A DNA stretch of 64,000 nt, from positions 62,001 to 126,000 of the forward strand of contig QPMI01000429.1 in the NCBI GenBank assembly GCA_004431415.1. Direction: 5' to 3'. Of the stretch, positions 58,187 through 64,000 are shown piece by piece. The DNA comes from Cyanophora paradoxa CCMP329 (Eukaryota > Plantae > Glaucophyta). Under the pieces are notes generated by a model, which saw nothing but the letters and a program-made list of their open reading frames with translations, was not told the DNA's origin and searched no databases. Both the position numbers and the translations under genes were made by a program. Position 1 is the first letter of the stretch. Every line of letters starts with the position of its first letter.

Positions 58187-59249
58187 CTACTTGCGCGTGG
58201 TGTTGATCATGCAGGCCATGCCCGACCGGCAGACCCAACCCCCAGTCGAGTTCTGCGCGCCGGCCCCGTGAGACACGCAGCCGGCGCCTGGCGCCGCCGC
58301 GCCACGGCCCCGCGGCACCTTGACCATGAACTTCTTCGCTCGCCACTTCCCGTGCGTATTGCACGCCACGCTCTCGTTCTCGTCCTGCGCGGCGGCGGCC
58401 TGAGGGGCGCCCGGGCGCGGGGCACGGCCGGGCGGGGCAGGCGGCGCACCATCTGCCGCTCGCGCTCAGAGACCTCCCGCACCGCCCTCTCCCGCGCGAT
58501 GAGCTCCGCCGGCGGCAGCTCCAGGTCTTCCTCCGCGCCCTCCGCTGCCGCCGCCTACGCGTCCCCGGCCCGGGTCAAGGTGGGCGTCCGGGCCGGCGCG
58601 GGGCGCTCGGCGCGAGGGCGCGCCTCGGGGGGCGGGACGTCAGTGAGGGCGCCCTGCGCGATCAGGTAGATGTGGCTGCATTTGGAGAAGTCCTCGTTGG
58701 GCCTGTAGGCCGCCACTAGCTTGCATCGCGGGCACAGCATCCGCACTTGCTTCTCCACGCCCTTTTCTCTGCGCGCCGGGCGGCGCTCGATTAGCGCAGC
58801 AGTGCTTTGAGTCGGAGGACGCCACCGCTGACCGTTTAATGAGCTTGGTCTCGCCATCAACCAGGTTGCGGGTCTTCAACTGCTGCCGGCATGTCAGCGA
58901 GCGCATTGGTGCAAGCAACCTGGCTCGCGCCGGGTGCCGCACTGCAGCGCACCTTGCGAACGTCAACGACGTAGGCACCGTCGGTGGATCGCTTCGGCAA
59001 CAACGAGAGCTTCGACGACAGCCTCACAACGGGATCGATGCCCCCGCACGCGCCGCTGCGCGTTCACTCAGACCACGGGCGTGGCGCGGATCCCGGACGC
59101 TGCGGGGCCTCGCACCAGTACAGCCGCTCGTCGACAGCCTCGGCATCGTCCCGCCTCTTCTTCGCCTTCGACTCGTCTCCGGAACCGCCCGGCGCTGCGC
59201 CTTCCGACGCATTCTCTGGCGCCTCGCGTTTCTTGGGCTTCTCGCTCAT
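58187..59249 (-). CDS. STEEP1/CXorf56 (UPF0428)-like protein with an extra C-terminal Cys/His module
   Basis: LYC|GACGG...LSLLPKRSTDGAYVVD...DGETKLIKR|EKGVEKQVRMLCPRCKLVAAYRP...IYLIAQGALT resembles the CXorf56 family pattern. Confidence 0.72.
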
Positions 59250-59888
59250 CCCCGTGGGCTAAGCCTCCGGTGCGAAGCTGCCGTGCAGCCGCTCCTGTTG
59301 GTGCTAAGTGCTCCGCTGTTGTCGGTACTTGTCTAGCTCGTGAATCCTATACGGTGCCGCGGTGGAACAAGCCGTGAACGTGATTTGGCGGTTGCCAGCA
59401 GGGTCAGGGGTACATGCAAGGCTGCACGCAGCGCTGGCCTGAGTCTAGCTATAGATCTTGCGCGCTTGCAAAATTCCAGTCGGCACCCGGCGGCGCCTTC
59501 CGAGGCTCAGCCGTGCATGCATGTAGCTGCGCGCCGTCACGGCGTGCACGTGTGTGCACCGCACACTGTACATGTGATCGACACGATCTTGATCATTGCG
59601 AATGTGTATCGGGTGTCTTTGAACAACCGATATGGACGAAATTGCGATGCGACTACGCAACCATAAACGAGGCGCTACCAGCATGAAGCGACTGCGATGA
59701 GACTACTCACAACAAAATCAGCGAGGCACTACCAACGTAGGCGCTCGCGGGTCAAAACAGATGCACGCAGCATTCTACACATGGAAATAGAAAACACAAA
59801 CCCCCTAGCACGAAGGACAGAACTGCGCCAGGCAGCCGCCCGTCGCGTAGCTACGATGACAGGATGCGAGGAAAGAGCAAAGCGAAAC

Positions 59889-61251
59889 TCAAGAAGCGAA
59901 CTCGAGGTCCGGGGAGGGCGGACGGGCGGGGCAGGCGAGGAGCTCGGGCGAGCGCCCGTCGGGGGGGATGGGCCGGTCGTCGGGGGGGAACTCGCCGGGG
60001 GCCTCCGGGAGGGGGGCGAGGGCGGGGCGGCGGCTGCCGGGGGCGGCGCGCGGGGAGGGCGCCTCGGAGAGGGCCTCGAGGGCGGCGCACAGGTCCAGCA
60101 CGGAGAGGGCGCCCCCGCCCGAGGCCGGCGACCGCGGCGTCGCCGGCCCCCCAGCGGCGAGGCCGCCGCCGCCGCCTTCGGCGCGAACGAGGTCGACGGG
60201 GCCGCGGCGAGGGCGGGCGGGGCGGAGGGGGGCGAGGGCTGGCGCGGGGCGGGGAGGAGCGGGGCGAGGAACGGGGAGGCGGGGCCGGGGGCCCGGGGGG
60301 AGTACTGGGGGGAGTAGAGGGGGCTGGGGCCGCTCCAGGGGCTGCCGGCCCAGGGGGACGTCGAGTGCAGGCGGCTCTCCTGCGAGCGCCGCCGCACGTG
60401 CCGCTCCTCCGGCCCCGGCGACGGGCGCGGGCTGGCGCGCGGCGAGGGCGCCGCCGAGGCCCACGACCTGCGCGACAGGTCAGGCCGACGCGGCGCCGGC
60501 GTTCCGTTCAGGGGCCCCACGCACCCGTCCCCATCCATGAAGGCCATCAGCGGCGAGAGAGAGCCGCCGAGCGGGCCCCGCGCCCACAGCGAGCCGGCTG
60601 CCTGCTGCGGCCGCGGCGCCTGCAGGTACTGGCGCGGGCTTCCCGTATCCGCCAACTCGAAGTCCGGCTCGTCCTCGGGATCCGGCGAGGTGGGCCGCGA
60701 GAGGGGGCGCTTCGGCTTGCTGTGGGGCGCCGCGCATGTGTCTGCCAGGCCGCGGCCGCCGCTCGGGCGGCCGGTGGACTCGACGGGACCGTCCGTTTCT
60801 ATTGCAGGGTGAGACGCGAAGCCTGCATGGAAGGGGCGGCGTGCGCACCAACGCTGCCGAGGGACGCGAGGCCGACGGCGCTGGCGCTGCCGGGCGAGCT
60901 GCCGAAGGACGCGCTTCGCTGCACCCGCTCTCGGCGTAATCCAGGAGGCGGCAGCTCATCAGAGCGAGGCGTCTGGGTGGGCGAGAAGTTCAAGGGGCGC
61001 GACGGCGGAGTCTGTCGAGACGGCGGTGAGTGCGGGTTGTGTAAACGGACGAACGCCTGACGCACCTGCGACCGTCCCAAAAACCGCTCCGGGGCTGCAT
61101 TTAGGAGGGCGATGGAGGCGAGTTGCTGTTCGTTAAACAACGGCTTGGACGGCTGGATAGAATCGAGCAAAAGAAGTGACGGCGGGCTTGTGCTCCGAGA
61201 AGGCGCTACGCTCGCCAGAGGAGACGACGAAAACGGCCCCACTCGGTTCAT
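59889..61251 (-). CDS. Hypothetical Ser/Pro-rich protein
   Basis: ATG 61251 (MNRVGPFSS...RVQRSASFG), GT-AG introns, ends DLEFAS-stop; no recognisable domain. Confidence 0.5.
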
Positions 61252-62403
61252 CGTCCCAAAGCCCGGCGGGAAGCCCGGTGAGAACGCCGCGGCAATCCTA
61301 CGGTCTACACGAAGGGCATATGCTTCTGTCGCAAAAGGAGGTCCGGTGACTGGGTGCGAGTCGCCCGCGCTAAAGCCTGGAGATGAAAGGCTGATTTGTC
61401 ACTCCGAACGAAAAAGGCTGTCGATGTGGCGGCTGTCGGTGCGACCGACGGCCCCGTCGGTCACCGAATGATAATGTCGCCAGCCCGAACACCACGCCCA
61501 AACTTGCCCCAGAGCTCAGAACGAGCTTCTCACGCGAAGGCGGGGGTACAGAATTGCAAGTCTGTGGCATCGAATCGGCACTGTGCAGTTAAGTTGGACT
61601 CCGAATTTCCGGAATCCGACTGGTATGGATGGCCACGTGCGCGGGGAGTGCTTCCAGAGCCTTCCACTGGAGACGCCAGTTTGACCCGGCCCTCCTGCAC
61701 GTGAGTCGTGATTATGACAAACGCGCAACAGTCGCAACTTCGAATTCGGAACTCTTCGGTCCCGCGCGCGTGCCGCCGGTGCGCAATGCGCAATGCATGC
61801 CGCATGCGCACGGGGGTGACGGCCCACTGACGGGGCCCCGGGCCTGCGCCGCTGCGCGGCATCTGCAGCTGCATGCGCTTCGCGATCGCCCTGTCACAGT
61901 GTCATGATCATGATCTGATCCGATGCCATGATGATCTGATCCGATGATCAGAAATACGTGCAACAGATCCGTGCTCCTCTTCCGGCCCGGGCCGGGCCGC
62001 CCGCTGCCGGCCCGGCGCTGGCGGGCGGACCGCGTGCCGGCTGATCAAGACTCTGAGATATCGATTAGAGTTGATTCAAGACTCTAGAGAACCGTCGGAC
62101 CGAAATTTCAACTTCGCCGAATTCGGTTGTGAAAATGAATGCATTACGTATACGCGCTGTGGGCTGTCTACGCTTCATCAATCACGTGCACGTCGGCTGG
62201 AAGCTTCAATTAAGAAGTCTCAAGATGATGCATCGTTTCACAGAAAAACGGGGAAAGAAGGCGAGGGCTCGCTGGAGCCGGTGCCATGGCCACTGCGGCC
62301 AGGTGGAATTGTGAAGAATGAAGCAGCAAGGGCCGGTTGAAGGGGAAGGGAGGGGAGCCTCCGGGGCGCGGCGGGCCCTGATCATGAGCGAAAGCCCGCG
62401 CGT

Positions 62404-64000
62404 CTACGCCTGCTCCGCGGGCGGGGCGACGCGGCCCGGGGAGGAGTCCGGGGCCTGCTCATCCTGGCCGGAGCCGGCGCTCGGGAGGGGCGCGAGGGGC
62501 CGCAGGGGCAGCGGCGGCAGGCGGGCCGGCGGAGGGGAGCGGCCGGGGCCCGCGCTCACCGACTGGGAGCGGGGGCGCGCGCGCTCGGGCGGGGAGGCGC
62601 GCCCGGGGTGGAGGGGTCGGAGGAGGGGCGGCCGGCTTCCCGGCGCGCCGCGCGGTCGCCACGTACGAGTCCGAAACGGTGAGGCCGGGGGAGGCCCCCC
62701 GCCCTCCTCCGCCCCCTTCGCCGCGGCGCCGGCGCTCGGCAGCGGCGGCGCCGGCGCCTCCGCGGGCGCCGGCGTCTCACGATCGCCGCCGGGCTGCTCC
62801 GGCGCCGCCGCGCCCCGCTCCGCTTCGGCCGGCTGCGCCGCCGGCTGCGGCGTCGAGGCGGCGGCCTCGCGGGCGTCCCCTGCCCGGGCGGGCGAGGCGG
62901 CGGGGCGGGGCCCTCCCCCTCCTCCTCCGGGGCCCCGAGGGCGACGCCGAGGTCGGAGGTGACGGGGGCGGGGCCCGGCCCCGCCGGCTCCCCGGGGGAG
63001 GCGGGCCCCTGGGAGCCGAGGGCGTGGGCGGGGGCGGGGGCGCTGGAGCCGCGGCGGAGGGGCAGGCCGAGCTGCTGCCGCGTGCGCTCCTTGGCGCGCA
63101 TGCGGCGGAAGGTGCTCTGCAGCAGCACCACGCAGTAGACCATGTACGCCTCCCCGCCCTCCTCCTGCACCTGCTCGTGGTGCGCCGCCAGCCCGGGGAA
63201 CCGCCGCCGGCTCTGCCCCGCCGTCAGCGAGCGGGCGGAGGGGCGGGGCGGGGCGGGGCGGGGCGGGGCGGGCGGACCGTCCTCTCGAAGCGGAGGCGGA
63301 GGGGCTCGGGGAGGCGCGCCCCCGCGGACTCGTAGACGTTGGCGACCATGGCGCAGAAGCAGTCGTGGAAGTGGACGCGGGAGGCGGCGGCGGGGACGGC
63401 GAGCTGGCGGAGCTTGGCCATGACGGCGAGGCGGGAGGCGGCGGGGTCGATGCCGAGGGGGGGGTCGACCGAGGTGAGGAGGCGGCGGAGGTGGAGGGAG
63501 ACGGGGACGAAGCCCGAGGCGTCGGGGTCGAGGCCCTCCCAGGCCGCCACGAACTGCTCCACGTGCCGCTCCTTGATCGCGTGCTCCTCCCGCGCCGAGA
63601 TCGTGTCTGCCCGGGCGGGCGTCACGACCGGCCCGCTGCCACGTGCGGGGGCGGGGTGGGGCGGGGCGGGGCGGGGCGGGGCGCACCGAAGGCGTCGAGG
63701 ACGATGGCGACGAAGATCTGCATGCCGAGCACGCACGCGACGAAGTGGAAGGGGATGAAGTAGAGCGGCGCCAGCGCGCTCCCGCAGTCCTCCCCGCACC
63801 CCTCCGCCACCGACGAGTCCCACCTGCCGCCCCCGTGAGCGAGCCGCGCACGCACGCCGCGGCCAAAGCAAGGAAGTAAGAAAGCGGGCGCACATGATGT
63901 TGTTCCAGTTCTCGCCGGTCGTCTGCGGTCAAGGGCGGTGAGAAGAAGGAAGGGGCGAGGCGAGCGCGGCGTCCGCCTGCTGGCTACCATGCGGAAGAGG
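62404..64000 (-). CDS. 3' end of a voltage-gated Ca2+ channel alpha-1 subunit (last pore loop, S6, EF-hand-like region, IQ motif)
   Basis: LFRM|TTGENWNNIM; CGSALAPLYFIPFHFVACVLGMQIFVAIVLDAF; FVAAWEGLDPDASGFV; PPLG; VHFHD; LLQSTFRRMRAK. Stop position approximate. Confidence 0.88.

Noticed and set aside
1-64000. tRNA/rRNA genes
   Set aside because: None recognised by eye. tRNAscan-SE or Infernal would be needed to exclude them.

Overview
Eukaryotic, very GC-rich, compact genomic DNA with many short introns (mostly ~50-100 nt, CTGAC-type branch points, GT-AG and frequent GC-AG ends). Two genes carry N-terminal transit peptides starting M-x-A-F, which suggests a glaucophyte alga (Cyanophora-like); this is an inference. 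Most ORFs in the supplied track are GC artefacts, so genes were reconstructed by hand across introns. (1) 1-18.7 kb: a head-to-head, partly palindromic pair of giant glycosyltransferase genes. The complete + strand copy (~2809-18693) carries motifs I recognise from fungal Gtb3-type/PelF-like GT4 galactosaminogalactan synthases. (2) 18.8-30.1 kb: a transposon island with three hAT-type non-autonomous elements (perfect 8-bp TSDs), two TA-flanked MITEs, a ~1.5-kb long-TIR foldback element and a LINE endonuclease relic. It also holds one gene for a putative GPI-anchored (SP)n/IPT surface protein. (3) 30-64 kb: MPP10; two copies of an HSE-promoter + small HSP cassette, each divergent from a housekeeping gene; two coiled-coil genes; adjacent plastid-targeted GPI and transketolase; a SMYD SET/MYND gene; a STEEP1/CXorf56-like gene; low-complexity hypotheticals; and the 3' end of a voltage-gated Ca2+ channel. 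Family assignments rest on remembered motifs, not on database searches.
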